DNA from: Paracoccaceae bacterium
GTDB taxonomy: Bacteria; Pseudomonadota; Alphaproteobacteria; Rhodobacterales; Rhodobacteraceae
Direction: 5' to 3'
DNA length: 49,504 bases
Assembly: GCA_041655055.1 (NCBI GenBank)
Contig: JBBAGE010000001.1
Span: forward strand, 1 to 49,504
Position numbers and translations under genes: made by a program. Of this stretch, positions 10,605-21,368 are shown in pieces (the stretch's first letter is position 1; each line of letters begins with the position of its first letter). The notes beneath the pieces are model-generated. The model searched no databases. It had not been told where the DNA came from and saw only the letters and a program-made list of their open reading frames with translations.

Positions 10605-11588
10605 ATGGATGTAGATGATCTGGCCACCCGGTTGATGGCGGGCGAACGGCGCGCATTGGCGCGCGCCATCACATTGATCGAAAGCCGGCGCGCGGATCAT
10701 CGCGCCATGGCGGCGGATTTGCTGGCGCGCGTGGGCAAAAGCGGGCGCGAGGCCCTGCGCATCGGGTTGTCGGGCACGCCGGGGGTGGGGAAATCCACCT
10801 TTATCGAATCATTTGGCATGTTTCTGACGGGTCTGGGGCTGCGAATCGCGGTTCTGGCGATCGATCCCAGTTCGGCGCGCACGGGGGGATCGATTCTGGG
10901 CGATAAAACCCGGATGGAGCGGCTAAGCCGCGATCCGCGGGCCTATATCCGGCCTTCGCCCTCGCAATCCGAGCTAGGCGGCGTCGCCCGGCGCACGCGC
11001 GAAGCGGTGGCATTATGCGAGGCGGCGGGTTTCGACGTGGTGTTGATCGAAACGGTCGGCGTCGGGCAATCGGAAACCATGGTGGCCGATATGTCGGATC
11101 TGTTCGTGCTGCTGCTGGCGCCTGCGGGCGGGGACGAATTGCAGGGCGTCAAGCGCGGGATCATGGAAATTGCCGATATCATTTTGGTGAACAAGGCCGA
11201 TGGCGATCTGAAAGCCACGGCCATACGCACCTGCGCCGATTACGCCGGGGCGCTGCGGCTTTTGCGCAAGCGGCCCTATGATCCGCCAGAATTTCCCAAG
11301 GCGCTGACAGTATCGGCGCTGGAGGAATCGGGTCTGGAAACCGTCTGGCAGGAAATCTCGACCCTGGCCGGCTGGCGGCGCGATCATGGCCATTGGGCGG
11401 CGCGTCGGGCAAATCAGGCCCGCCACTGGTTCGAGGATGAATTGCGCCACGCGCTTTTGGCGCAGATTACCCGCCCGGGGCCCCTGCGCGATTCGGTTGA
11501 CGGGCTGGGTGTGGCGGTGGCCCAGGGCGATATGGCGCCATCCGCCGCGGTGGAACAGGCCCTGGCGCTGATCCGCGCCCGATCATGA
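10605..11588 (+). CDS. meaB: Methylmalonyl-CoA mutase-associated G-protein chaperone (MeaB/ArgK family)
   Basis: The P-loop GTPase motifs [18 protein letters not shown] and NKAD are characteristic of MeaB/ArgK. A strong RBS (aaggagg) lies upstream of ATG 10605. Confidence 0.85.
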   Translation: MDVDDLATRLMAGERRALARAITLIESRRADHRAMAADLLARVGKSGREALRIGLSGTPGVGKSTFIESFGMFLTGLGLRIAVLAIDPSSARTGGSILGDKTRMERLSRDPRAYIRPSPSQSELGGVARRTREAVALCEAAGFDVVLIETVGVGQSETMVADMSDLFVLLLAPAGGDELQGVKRGIMEIADIILVNKADGDLKATAIRTCADYAGALRLLRKRPYDPPEFPKALTVSALEESGLETVWQEISTLAGWRRDHGHWAARRANQARHWFEDELRHALLAQITRPGPLRDSVDGLGVAVAQGDMAPSAAVEQALALIRARS

Positions 11589-11714
11589 GTTGAATCGCTT
11601 GACGATCCCGTAAATACGACTTATCAGCGCCAGATGGAATTCAGGGTGCCCCCGTGGTGCGCCCTATATGTTGAATTTGTCTGCAAAGACCAAGGCGAAA
11701 CGAAGGAGCGAAAC

Positions 11715-12002
11715 ATGTCGCGCCGTTGCGAACTGACTGGAAAAGGCCCCATGTCTGGCAATAATGTCAGCCACGCCAACAACAAGACCAAGCGTCGGTT
11801 TCTGCCGAACTTGAATGATGTGTCGCTGATGTCGGAAACGCTGGGCCGTCCGGTAAAGCTGCGCATCTCGGCTGCGGCGCTGCGCTCGGTCGATCACCGT
11901 GGCGGGCTGGATGCCTATCTTGCCAAGGCGCGCGACGAAGAGCTTTCGTCGAATGCCCTGAAAATCAAGAAAGAAATCGTCAAGGCTCAGGCCACCGCCT
12001 AA
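11715..12002 (+). CDS. rpmB: 50S ribosomal protein L28
   Basis: [33 protein letters not shown] is the canonical L28 N-terminus. RBS gaaggag. Start trimmed from 11634 to 11715. Confidence 0.95.
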   Translation: MSRRCELTGKGPMSGNNVSHANNKTKRRFLPNLNDVSLMSETLGRPVKLRISAAALRSVDHRGGLDAYLAKARDEELSSNALKIKKEIVKAQATA

Positions 12003-12027
12003 GTTTTTCGATATATTGCCGATCATG

Positions 12028-12060
12028 GCCCCGCCGGTTTCCGGTGGGGCTATTTTCGTT
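12028..12060 (+). terminator. Rho-independent terminator after rpmB
   Basis: A 10-bp GC-rich stem (gccccgccgg / ccggtggggc, one G-U pair) with a ttt loop is followed by tattttcgttt. Confidence 0.6.
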
Positions 12061-12101
12061 TCGATATCGGGTGCCCGGCCGGGCAGGCTGCCCAGCGCGG
12101 A

Positions 12102-12413
12102 TTAGCTGCAGAATTGTTCGGCGGTGCTGCCAAAGGCGGTATATTTGCGCCAAAAGGCCGAATGCCGCTCGGAACCCGATTGGCGCATATCCTGCGCACG
12201 CTGCGGATCCTTGAAAAACCGCGCGGCGGTGCGCTGATCTCCGCGTGACAGGGTCATATCCGCAACCTGTTGGATACAGCCGCACAAGGCGCGGTTAGCC
12301 CCGGCGCGATCCGATCGCATACAGGCGTTTTCAATCGGGCCGGCATAGGCTGCGGGCGCCATCGCGGCCATCAGCGCGGCGATTATCAGGGTTTTCTTCA
12401 TTTTCTGCCTCAT
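12102..12413 (-). CDS. Small secreted hypothetical protein (signal peptide, 4 Cys)
   Basis: [21 protein letters not shown] is a Sec signal peptide with an AYA-G cleavage context. The mature part is about 80 aa with 4 cysteines. I recognise no family. Confidence 0.4.
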   Translation of the reverse strand: MRQKMKKTLIIAALMAAMAPAAYAGPIENACMRSDRAGANRALCGCIQQVADMTLSRGDQRTAARFFKDPQRAQDMRQSGSERHSAFWRKYTAFGSTAEQFCS

Positions 12414-12629
12414 TCCACAAGGGGCCTGCTTGTTGCGCAGTTTGCCCTGTCATGGTTGCTCGATCCTGAATCACTAGCCGATTTGCGCGAAAAATTCAAT
12501 TCGCAACATATGGGGCCGGGCGGCCGGGCCCCCCTATATGGCGCGTCGGGCAAAAAGCCGCGCGGCCCGGTATGGGGCCGTGTTGCAAGCCACCTTGACC
12601 AATGCGCGAATCCCCATCATATCCGCCCT

Positions 12630-14426
<1,797 letters not shown>

Positions 14427-14431
14427 TCGCG

Positions 14432-14453
14432 CCCCGGCCCGCAGAGGCCGGGG
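14432..14453 (+). terminator. GC-rich hairpin just after lepA (possible terminator, no U-tract)
   Basis: The stem is ccccggcc, the loop cgcaga, and the return arm ggccgggg. No T-run follows, so its function is uncertain. Confidence 0.25.
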
Positions 14454-14562
14454 GCGGGCCGTCCGCGCGATAATTCCCCAAAAAACCAAGACCGTTATCA
14501 CTTTGTTAATCCTTTTGGATGCACAACAGGTGCACTGCCTGTTGATCTGTATCGGACAAGTG

Positions 14563-14817
14563 ATGAAAAAATTCTTAAGCGTAATGATGATTTTCGGCCT
14601 GCTCGCGGGGTGCACCGATCTGCAAACCAAGCCGCTGGTGTCGGATTACAATGGTGCCAGCGTGAAAATCCAGACGGATATGTTCACCCCGGAACCGCGC
14701 GAATCGACCTTGGCCGAAGCGTCACGGATTTGTGGCATCGGCAACAAACGGGCTGAATATGCCTCGTCGCGGGCGCTGCCCAATTACGTGCATGAACATC
14801 TGTATCTCTGCCTCTAG
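14563..14817 (+). CDS. Small putative lipoprotein
   Basis: MKKFLSVMMIFGLLAGC has a lipobox (LLAG-C). 84 aa. The locus has visibly lower GC than its flanks (one sampled 60-nt line is about 45 percent). Confidence 0.5.
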   Translation: MKKFLSVMMIFGLLAGCTDLQTKPLVSDYNGASVKIQTDMFTPEPRESTLAEASRICGIGNKRAEYASSRALPNYVHEHLYLCL

Positions 14818-15569
14818 CCCAGAAAGACGCGCAATGTTGCCACGAATTCCTGCGGCTTTTCGGCATGCAGCCAATGGCCGGTGCCGGGAAGGCGCGCGAA
14901 TTTTGCCTGCGGGAACAGGGCCTTGATGGCGGGGCGATGCCCGGATTTGACATAATCGCTTTCGCCACCCGACAAAAACAGCACCGGCCCGTCGAACTGG
15001 CCCGATACCTCGGGCCAGCCGGTGATATCGGCCATGGCGGCGTCAAGCACATCAAGGTTAAGCAGCCATTTGCCAGCGTCTAGATCAAGCGATTGCAGCA
15101 AAAACGCCCGCACCTGGGACGATTCGATATCAGCAGCCAGACGTGCATCCGCCTGCGAGCGCCGCGCGATCCCGGTCAGATCAAGGTTGCGCATCGCGTC
15201 GATCAGGTGGGATTGGCTATGGGAATAGGCCACGGGCGCGATATCGGCCACCACCAGCCGGCGCAGCAGGGCGGGTTCGCGCAGGGCCAGCAACATTGCC
15301 GCTTTGCCGCCCATGGAATGGCCGACAATATCGGGGATGATGCCCAGATCGCGAATGGTTTCGGCCAGATCATCGGCCAGGTCGGCATAGCTGTGGCTGG
15401 GCAGATGCGGGCTCGCGCCGTGGTTGCGCATATCGACGGTGATCACCTGGCGATCTTCGGACATGCGCCGCGCGATCGCGCCCCAGTTGCGGGCCGAGCC
15501 AAACAGCCCGTGCACGATCAACAGCGGCGGCAGGGCGCTGGGGCTGCCCGTGACAATCCTGTGCAACAT
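14814..15569 (-). CDS. Alpha/beta-fold hydrolase (esterase YbfF-like)
   Basis: Oxyanion region LLIVHGLFGS and nucleophile elbow VGHSMGG, with a C-terminal GHWLHAEKP His motif. Start chosen at ATG 15569 (RBS aagga). Confidence 0.75.
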   Translation of the reverse strand: MLHRIVTGSPSALPPLLIVHGLFGSARNWGAIARRMSEDRQVITVDMRNHGASPHLPSHSYADLADDLAETIRDLGIIPDIVGHSMGGKAAMLLALREPALLRRLVVADIAPVAYSHSQSHLIDAMRNLDLTGIARRSQADARLAADIESSQVRAFLLQSLDLDAGKWLLNLDVLDAAMADITGWPEVSGQFDGPVLFLSGGESDYVKSGHRPAIKALFPQAKFARLPGTGHWLHAEKPQEFVATLRVFLG

Positions 15570-15665
15570 GACCCATCCTTTGCTAACCTGTGCCAGCACA
15601 ATTGCAACAAAACGGCGCCATGAGAAGCCCCATGGCGCCGCAAATTTGCACTTATCCGGCTTTGC

Positions 15666-16961
15666 CTACATGCCCGGATAGATCGGGAAATCGGCGCACA
15701 ATTGGGCGACGCGCGCCTTGACGCTGGCTTCGATCGCGGCATTGCCCTCGTCGCCATTGGCGGCAAGGCCATCGATCACCTCGACAATCCAATCGGCAAT
15801 CTGGCGGAATTCGGCCTCGGTGAAACCGCGGGTGGTGCCTGCGGGGGTGCCAAGGCGCACGCCGCTGGTCACGAAGGGTTTTTCGGGGTCAAAGGGAATG
15901 CCGTTCTTGTTGCAGGTGATATGCGCGCGGCCAAGCGCGGCTTCGGCGGCTTTGCCGGTCACCCCTTTGGGCCGCAGATCGGCAAGGCAAAGGTGATTAT
16001 CCGTGCCGCCCGATACGATATCGATGCCGCCTTTCATCAGTTGATCGGCCAGCGCCTGGGCGTTTTTGACCACCTGGGCGGCGTAATCCTTGAATTCGGG
16101 GCGCAACGCTTCGCCAAAGGCAACGGCTTTGGCGGCGATAACATGCATCAGCGGGCCGCCTTGCAACCCGGGGAATACCGCGGAATTCACCTTTTTGGCG
16201 ATTTCAGCGTTATTGGTCAGGATCATGCCGCCACGCGGGCCGCGCAGCGATTTATGCGTGGTCGTGGTGACCACATCGGCATGCGGTAGCGGCGAGGGAT
16301 GCTGGCCACCGGCAACAAGCCCGGCAATATGCGCCATATCGACCATCAGATAAGCGCCCACTTCGTCGGCGATGGCGCGAAACGCCGCCCAATCCCAGAC
16401 GCGGCTATAGGCGGTGCCACCGGCCACGATCAATTTGGGGCGATGTTCCAGGGCCTTGGCGCGCACATCGTCCATATCCAGATGCTGATCTTGCGTGCGC
16501 ACGCCGTAGGACACGACATTGAACCATTTGCCCGACATATTGACGGGCGAACCATGGGTCAGGTGGCCGCCGGCATTCAAATCCAGCCCCATGAAAGTAT
16601 CGCCCGGCTGCAGTAGCGCCAGAAAGACAGCCTGATTCATCTGGCTGCCGGAATTGGGCTGCACATTGGCAAATTCACAGCCAAACAGCGCCTTGGCGCG
16701 TTCAATCGCCAGATTTTCGGCAATATCGACGAATTGGCAGCCGCCGTAATAGCGCTTGCCCGGATAGCCTTCGGCATATTTATTGGTCAGCACCGAACCC
16801 TGAGCCTCAAGCACGGCGCGCGAGACGATGTTTTCCGAGGCGATCAGTTCGATTTCGTCGCGCTGACGGCCCAGTTCCTGGGTGACGGCGGTAAAAATCT
16901 CGGGGTCGCGGGCGGACAGGGGCTCGGTGAAAAAGCCGGAATCGCGGGAATTGGCGGTCAT
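15666..16961 (-). CDS. glyA: Serine hydroxymethyltransferase
   Basis: [38 protein letters not shown] and the PLP-lysine motif [14 protein letters not shown]. Confidence 0.95.
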   Translation of the reverse strand: MTANSRDSGFFTEPLSARDPEIFTAVTQELGRQRDEIELIASENIVSRAVLEAQGSVLTNKYAEGYPGKRYYGGCQFVDIAENLAIERAKALFGCEFANVQPNSGSQMNQAVFLALLQPGDTFMGLDLNAGGHLTHGSPVNMSGKWFNVVSYGVRTQDQHLDMDDVRAKALEHRPKLIVAGGTAYSRVWDWAAFRAIADEVGAYLMVDMAHIAGLVAGGQHPSPLPHADVVTTTTHKSLRGPRGGMILTNNAEIAKKVNSAVFPGLQGGPLMHVIAAKAVAFGEALRPEFKDYAAQVVKNAQALADQLMKGGIDIVSGGTDNHLCLADLRPKGVTGKAAEAALGRAHITCNKNGIPFDPEKPFVTSGVRLGTPAGTTRGFTEAEFRQIADWIVEVIDGLAANGDEGNAAIEASVKARVAQLCADFPIYPGM

Positions 16962-17141
16962 TCGGAGGTCTCCGGTTAGGGCAGCGTTGGGCGATGTTTA
17001 GCCAAAGCGGCGAATGGGGGGAAGCCTCGTTTCATGCATAATCTTGTTGAAAACCGGGCAGGGTAAATGCCGCGTGAACTTTGAGGCGGGATTTGTTAAT
17101 CCCATTGTGCCCAAACTGCTTGGGGAAGGGGGAGGTGCGAC

Positions 17142-17906
17142 ATGCCAAGACGAAGAATAGCTTTTGCCGCCAACGGGACCGAGGTTGCGACCACGGCGCT
17201 TGCCAATCTTTCGGCGCGGTATGGCAATGCCGATATGACCGAGGCTGACGTGATCGTGGCCTTGGGCGGGGATGGGTTCATGCTGGAAACGCTGCATGCG
17301 ACGATGGATCTGGATATTCCGGTTTATGGGATGAATTGCGGCACGATCGGCTTTTTGATGAATGAATATAGCGAAGACGATCTGGATCAGCGGTTGGCCG
17401 TGGCTGAGGAGGAAGTGATCAATCCATTGGAAATGAAGGCATTTTCATCGGATGGAAGCGTGCATACCGGGCTTGCGATCAATGAGGTCTCGATCCTGCG
17501 CGCGGGCCCCCAGGCGGCCAAATTGCAGATTTCGGTGGATGGCACGGTGCGTATGGATGCGCTGGTTTGCGATGGGGCGCTGCTATCCACGCCGGCGGGA
17601 TCGACGGCATATAATTATTCCGCACATGGGCCGATCCTGCCGATCGGGGCGGATGTGCTGGCGTTGACGGCGGTGGCGGCGTTTCGGCCCCGGCGCTGGC
17701 GCGGGGCGTTGTTGCCCAACACCGCCACGGTGCGCTTTGACGTGCTGGAACCCGACAAGCGCCCGGTGATGGCCGATGCCGATGGCCGTTCGGTGCGCGA
17801 TGTGATCGCGGTAGAAATCGTGTCGAAACCGACGGTCTCGCACCGGATTTTGTTCGATCCCGGTCATGGGCTTGAGGAACGGTTGATCCGCGAACAATTC
17901 GTCTAG
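17142..17906 (+). CDS. nadK: NAD kinase
   Basis: GGDGFML motif, NEVS, and the [16 protein letters not shown] motif typical of NAD kinases. RBS gggggagg. Confidence 0.85.
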   Translation: MPRRRIAFAANGTEVATTALANLSARYGNADMTEADVIVALGGDGFMLETLHATMDLDIPVYGMNCGTIGFLMNEYSEDDLDQRLAVAEEEVINPLEMKAFSSDGSVHTGLAINEVSILRAGPQAAKLQISVDGTVRMDALVCDGALLSTPAGSTAYNYSAHGPILPIGADVLALTAVAAFRPRRWRGALLPNTATVRFDVLEPDKRPVMADADGRSVRDVIAVEIVSKPTVSHRILFDPGHGLEERLIREQFV

Positions 17907-19267
17907 GCGGATTTGACCGCGCCCCAGGCGCTGATCTTGCGATAAAGCGTCGAAGGGGCCACGCCAAGCTGACGCGCCGCCAGCGGGACCGAGCCATTTT
18001 CCGCCGCAATCGTCTGTTCGATCAGGTGACGCTCGATCCGGCCCAGATCATGCCCGCGCAGCCTGCGGATGGCGTCGTCATAGGAAATGGTGGCATCGAC
18101 GGCGGGGGGCGCGCTGAAATCGGGTTGCAGGGCGCCGCGATCCAGCACCGGCGCGTCGGAAACCACGACCATATGCCACAAAACATTCAACAATTGCCGG
18201 AGGTTGCCGGGCCAGTCATGTTGGCGCAGCGTGTCGCGCAAATCCGGGGCGAGATGTGGGATCGTCTTGCCTTCGCGCAGCGCCAGACGCACCAGCATCG
18301 AATCGGCCATATCGCCCAGATCGGATTTGCGCGCCCGTAACGGCGGCAGATGAAGGGGCAAGACATTAAGATGATAAAAGAGATCAGCCCGCAATTGACC
18401 GGCGCGGATCGCGCTTTGCGGATCGCGTGACATGGCGGTGATCACGCGGATGCCGCCTGCGTTGGCCGCGCTATGCAGGGCGCGCAGCAGCATTCCCTGC
18501 AACGCCGGATCAAGCGCCGCGATTTCCTTGAGAAACAGCGTGCCGCCATCGGCGCGGCACAGCAAGGGCGGCGGGCTGCCGGGCCGCGAATCCAGTTCGT
18601 TTCGGATGAATTCGGGCGTCAGCGTGGACAGATCCAGCGTGACGAATGGGCCATCGGCGTGGGGCGACAGGGTATGGATCAGCTCGGCACAGGTTTCCTT
18701 GCCGGTGGCGCATTCCCCGGTCAAAAACACGCTGCCCGTTGAATTGGCGATGACACGCGCCGGTTCATAGGCGGCCCCGACGATGATGCTGGGGTTGATC
18801 AGCTTGCCAATCGGGCCGGATGTGATGTCGGCCTTTTGCCCGACCAGCGCCCTGTGCAGCACCCGCACCAGCAGCGCAGGGGCAAAGGGTTCGATCAGGA
18901 AATCACCGGCACCGGCGCGCATGGCATCGATCGCCTGCGGTTGCGCATCGCGCGCGGCGGTGACGATGATCCGGGCATCGGGCCAACCGGCGCGGATATC
19001 GGCAAAAAGCGCGCGCGGCGCCGCATCATCGGCGCGCAGATTCAGCACGACGATCCGGGGCGCGTGACGGGCCATATGGGCGCGCGCTTGCGCGGCCGTG
19101 TTGAAAACCACGACCGAGTGGCCCGCCGCCCGCAGCGCCGTTGCATGGGCCTGCGCCTGATCGGCATCGGCATCGATCAGCAAGATCAAGGACGGCGGCA
19201 CCGACCCGGATATATCCAAAGTCGCTGCCGCCTGCATGGCGGGCTTACTAATTACTTTATCACTCAT
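17903..19267 (-). CDS. NtrC-family (receiver - AAA+ - Fis HTH) transcriptional regulator with degenerate catalytic motifs
   Basis: It has a receiver-like N-domain, an AAA+ core ([44 protein letters not shown]) and a C-terminal HTH ([16 protein letters not shown]). The start is ambiguous: GTG 19321, ATG 19303 or ATG 19267. I list 19267 because the two upstream candidates lie inside an inverted repeat. Confidence 0.7.
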   Translation of the reverse strand: MSDKVISKPAMQAAATLDISGSVPPSLILLIDADADQAQAHATALRAAGHSVVVFNTAAQARAHMARHAPRIVVLNLRADDAAPRALFADIRAGWPDARIIVTAARDAQPQAIDAMRAGAGDFLIEPFAPALLVRVLHRALVGQKADITSGPIGKLINPSIIVGAAYEPARVIANSTGSVFLTGECATGKETCAELIHTLSPHADGPFVTLDLSTLTPEFIRNELDSRPGSPPPLLCRADGGTLFLKEIAALDPALQGMLLRALHSAANAGGIRVITAMSRDPQSAIRAGQLRADLFYHLNVLPLHLPPLRARKSDLGDMADSMLVRLALREGKTIPHLAPDLRDTLRQHDWPGNLRQLLNVLWHMVVVSDAPVLDRGALQPDFSAPPAVDATISYDDAIRRLRGHDLGRIERHLIEQTIAAENGSVPLAARQLGVAPSTLYRKISAWGAVKSA

Positions 19268-19299
19268 CACAACACCCGACCAATGCGCATAATCATTCT

Positions 19300-19325
19300 C
19301 CATGTGCTGCTTTATCAACACATGG
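19300..19325. promoter_or_regulatory. Perfect 7-bp inverted repeat (ccatgtg-N12-cacatgg) in the AT-rich region upstream of the NtrC-like gene
   Basis: Read directly: left arm 19300-19306, right arm 19319-19325. It is a candidate operator; no factor can be assigned. Confidence 0.3.
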
Positions 19326-19410
19326 TTGTTTATGAATGATTACGCTCGCCAGTCCATTTCACAAAAATTCGCGCAAACCAACCATTTGGTTAACCCGAGT
19401 TACTAAAATT

Positions 19411-21306
19411 TTAACTTTTGGCATAGCCCAGCGACTGCAAGGCCAGGCGGATTTCATCGAGGATCGCGGGATCATCAATGGTCGCGGGCGATTTGAAGGG
19501 TTCGCTATTCGCGATCTTGACCATGGTGGCGCGCAGGATTTTGCCCGAACGGGTCTTGGGCAGCCGGTCAACCACCACAGCGGATTTGAAATCGGCGACC
19601 GGCCCGATGCGGCTGCGCACCATGGCCACCACTTCGGCAACGATATCGGCCTCGAGGCGATCGGTTCCTGCATTGAGGCACAAAAACCCCAACGGCACCT
19701 GCCCCTTGAGCGCATCGGCCACCCCGATCACGGCGCATTCGGCCACATCGGGATGGCTTGCCAGCACCTCTTCGATCGCGCCGGTCGAAAGCCGGTGGCC
19801 GGCAACGTTGATCACATCATCGGTGCGCGCCATGATATAGAGATAGCCGTCTTCGTCGATCATCCCGGCATCGCCAGTCTCATAATAGCCGGGGAAATGC
19901 GCCAGATAGCTTTTCTCAAACCGGTCTCTGGCGTTCCACAGGCCCGCAAGTGTGCCCGGCGGCATCGGCAGGCGAATGGCAATCGCGCCGAGTTCATTGG
20001 CGCCGACGCAATGGCCTTCGTCGTCAAGGATTTCAATCGCATAGCCGGGCATCGCGCGGGTCGGGCTGCCGATCTTGACCGGCAGGGGCTCGATCCCCAG
20101 CGGATTGGCCGCGATGGCCCAGCCGGTTTCGGTCTGCCACCAATGGTCGATCACCGGCACACCCAGCTTTTGCTGCGCCCATTCGACCGTATCAGGATCG
20201 GCGCGTTCGCCGGCCAGAAACAGCGCGCTGAGGCTGCCAAGGTCGTAATCGCCGATCAGCGTGCCTTTGGGATCATCGCGTTTGATCGCACGAAAAGCGG
20301 TTGGGGCGGTAAACAGCACCTTGATACGATATTCCTCGATCATCCGCCAAAAAGCCCCGGCATCGGGGGTGCCCACGGGTTTGCCTTCGTAGATCACGGT
20401 GGTGTTGCCATGGATCAGCGGCCCGTAACAGATATAGGAATGGCCCACGACCCAGCCCACATCGGATGCCGCCCAGAACACATCACCGGGCGCCACGTCA
20501 TAGATATTGCGCATGGTCCAGTTCAGCGCGACCAGATGGCCACCGGTATGTCGGATCACGCCCTTCGGCTGGCCGGTGGTGCCCGATGTATAAAGGATAT
20601 AGGCGGGATGATTGCCTTCGACGGGCACACATTCGGCGGGGGCGGCATCTTGCTGGAATGCGTGCCAGTCGAGATCGCGCCCCTCGATCAGCGTGGCAAT
20701 TTCCTGTGGGCGCTGCAGGATCACACAGAAATCGGGTTTGTGGCTGGCCATGGTGACGGCCTCGTCCAACAGGGGTTTGTAATGGATGATCCGGCTGGGC
20801 TCGACCCCGCAGGACGCCGCGATGATCGCCTTGGGCTGGGCGTCATCGATCCGCACGGCCAGCTCGTTCGCGGCAAATCCGCCGAACACGACCGAATGGA
20901 TCGCCCCGAGCCGCGCGCAGGCAAGCATCGCCTCGACCGCTTCGGGCACCATCGGCATATAGATGATCACGCGGTCACCCTTGGCCACGCCTTGCGCGCG
21001 CAAAGCACCAGCAAGACGTGCCACGTTATCGCGCAATTCGCCGTAGCTGATCTGGCGCTTGGTGCCGGTGACGGGGCTGTCATAAATGATCGCGGTGCGG
21101 GCGCCATGGCCCGCATCCACATGCCGATCCACCGCATTGTGGCAGGTATTGACCAGCCCATCGGAAAACCATTCGTAATGGGGGGCATTTTCGCCAAACA
21201 GGGCCTTGCTGGGGGCGCGATCCCAATCGATGGCCTGCGCGGCATTGATCCAGAAAGCTTCGGGATCTTGCTGCCACCCGGAATAGATTTCGTCAAAACT
21301 CGTCAT
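19411..21306 (-). CDS. prpE: Propionyl-CoA synthetase / acetyl-CoA synthetase-family AMP-forming ligase
   Basis: 631 aa, with the AMP-binding motif YTSGTTGQPKG, YYETGD, and a C-terminal lysine context (LPKTRSGKILR). The N-terminus (EAFWINAAQAIDW...WFSDGLVNTCHNAVDRH) and the length fit PrpE-type enzymes. The acetate versus propionate preference is not decidable from sequence. Confidence 0.7.
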   Translation of the reverse strand: MTSFDEIYSGWQQDPEAFWINAAQAIDWDRAPSKALFGENAPHYEWFSDGLVNTCHNAVDRHVDAGHGARTAIIYDSPVTGTKRQISYGELRDNVARLAGALRAQGVAKGDRVIIYMPMVPEAVEAMLACARLGAIHSVVFGGFAANELAVRIDDAQPKAIIAASCGVEPSRIIHYKPLLDEAVTMASHKPDFCVILQRPQEIATLIEGRDLDWHAFQQDAAPAECVPVEGNHPAYILYTSGTTGQPKGVIRHTGGHLVALNWTMRNIYDVAPGDVFWAASDVGWVVGHSYICYGPLIHGNTTVIYEGKPVGTPDAGAFWRMIEEYRIKVLFTAPTAFRAIKRDDPKGTLIGDYDLGSLSALFLAGERADPDTVEWAQQKLGVPVIDHWWQTETGWAIAANPLGIEPLPVKIGSPTRAMPGYAIEILDDEGHCVGANELGAIAIRLPMPPGTLAGLWNARDRFEKSYLAHFPGYYETGDAGMIDEDGYLYIMARTDDVINVAGHRLSTGAIEEVLASHPDVAECAVIGVADALKGQVPLGFLCLNAGTDRLEADIVAEVVAMVRSRIGPVADFKSAVVVDRLPKTRSGKILRATMVKIANSEPFKSPATIDDPAILDEIRLALQSLGYAKS

Positions 21307-21368
21307 GCGGGGCTCCTGATGTTTGGTGCATCTTGGGGGGATAGGCGGATCGTGGCAAGCGGCAGTTG

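Noticed and set aside
10508-10672. Upstream 55-codon extension of hrpB in the track ORF
   Set aside because: The extension ([20 protein letters not shown]...) is Arg-rich and non-homologous-looking, and it would overlap the divergent meaB start at 10605. Helicase homology starts at MKLPIDAVLPDLL (ATG 10507).
16962-17141. Possible riboswitch (ZTP/pfl or glycine-type) in the glyA leader
   Set aside because: I read the minus-strand leader and could not find the conserved ZTP cores (GGGUCGUGACUGGCG ... CCGCCUGGGC) or glycine-riboswitch cores. I saw only unremarkable sequence and an RBS. A covariance-model scan would be needed to exclude it formally.
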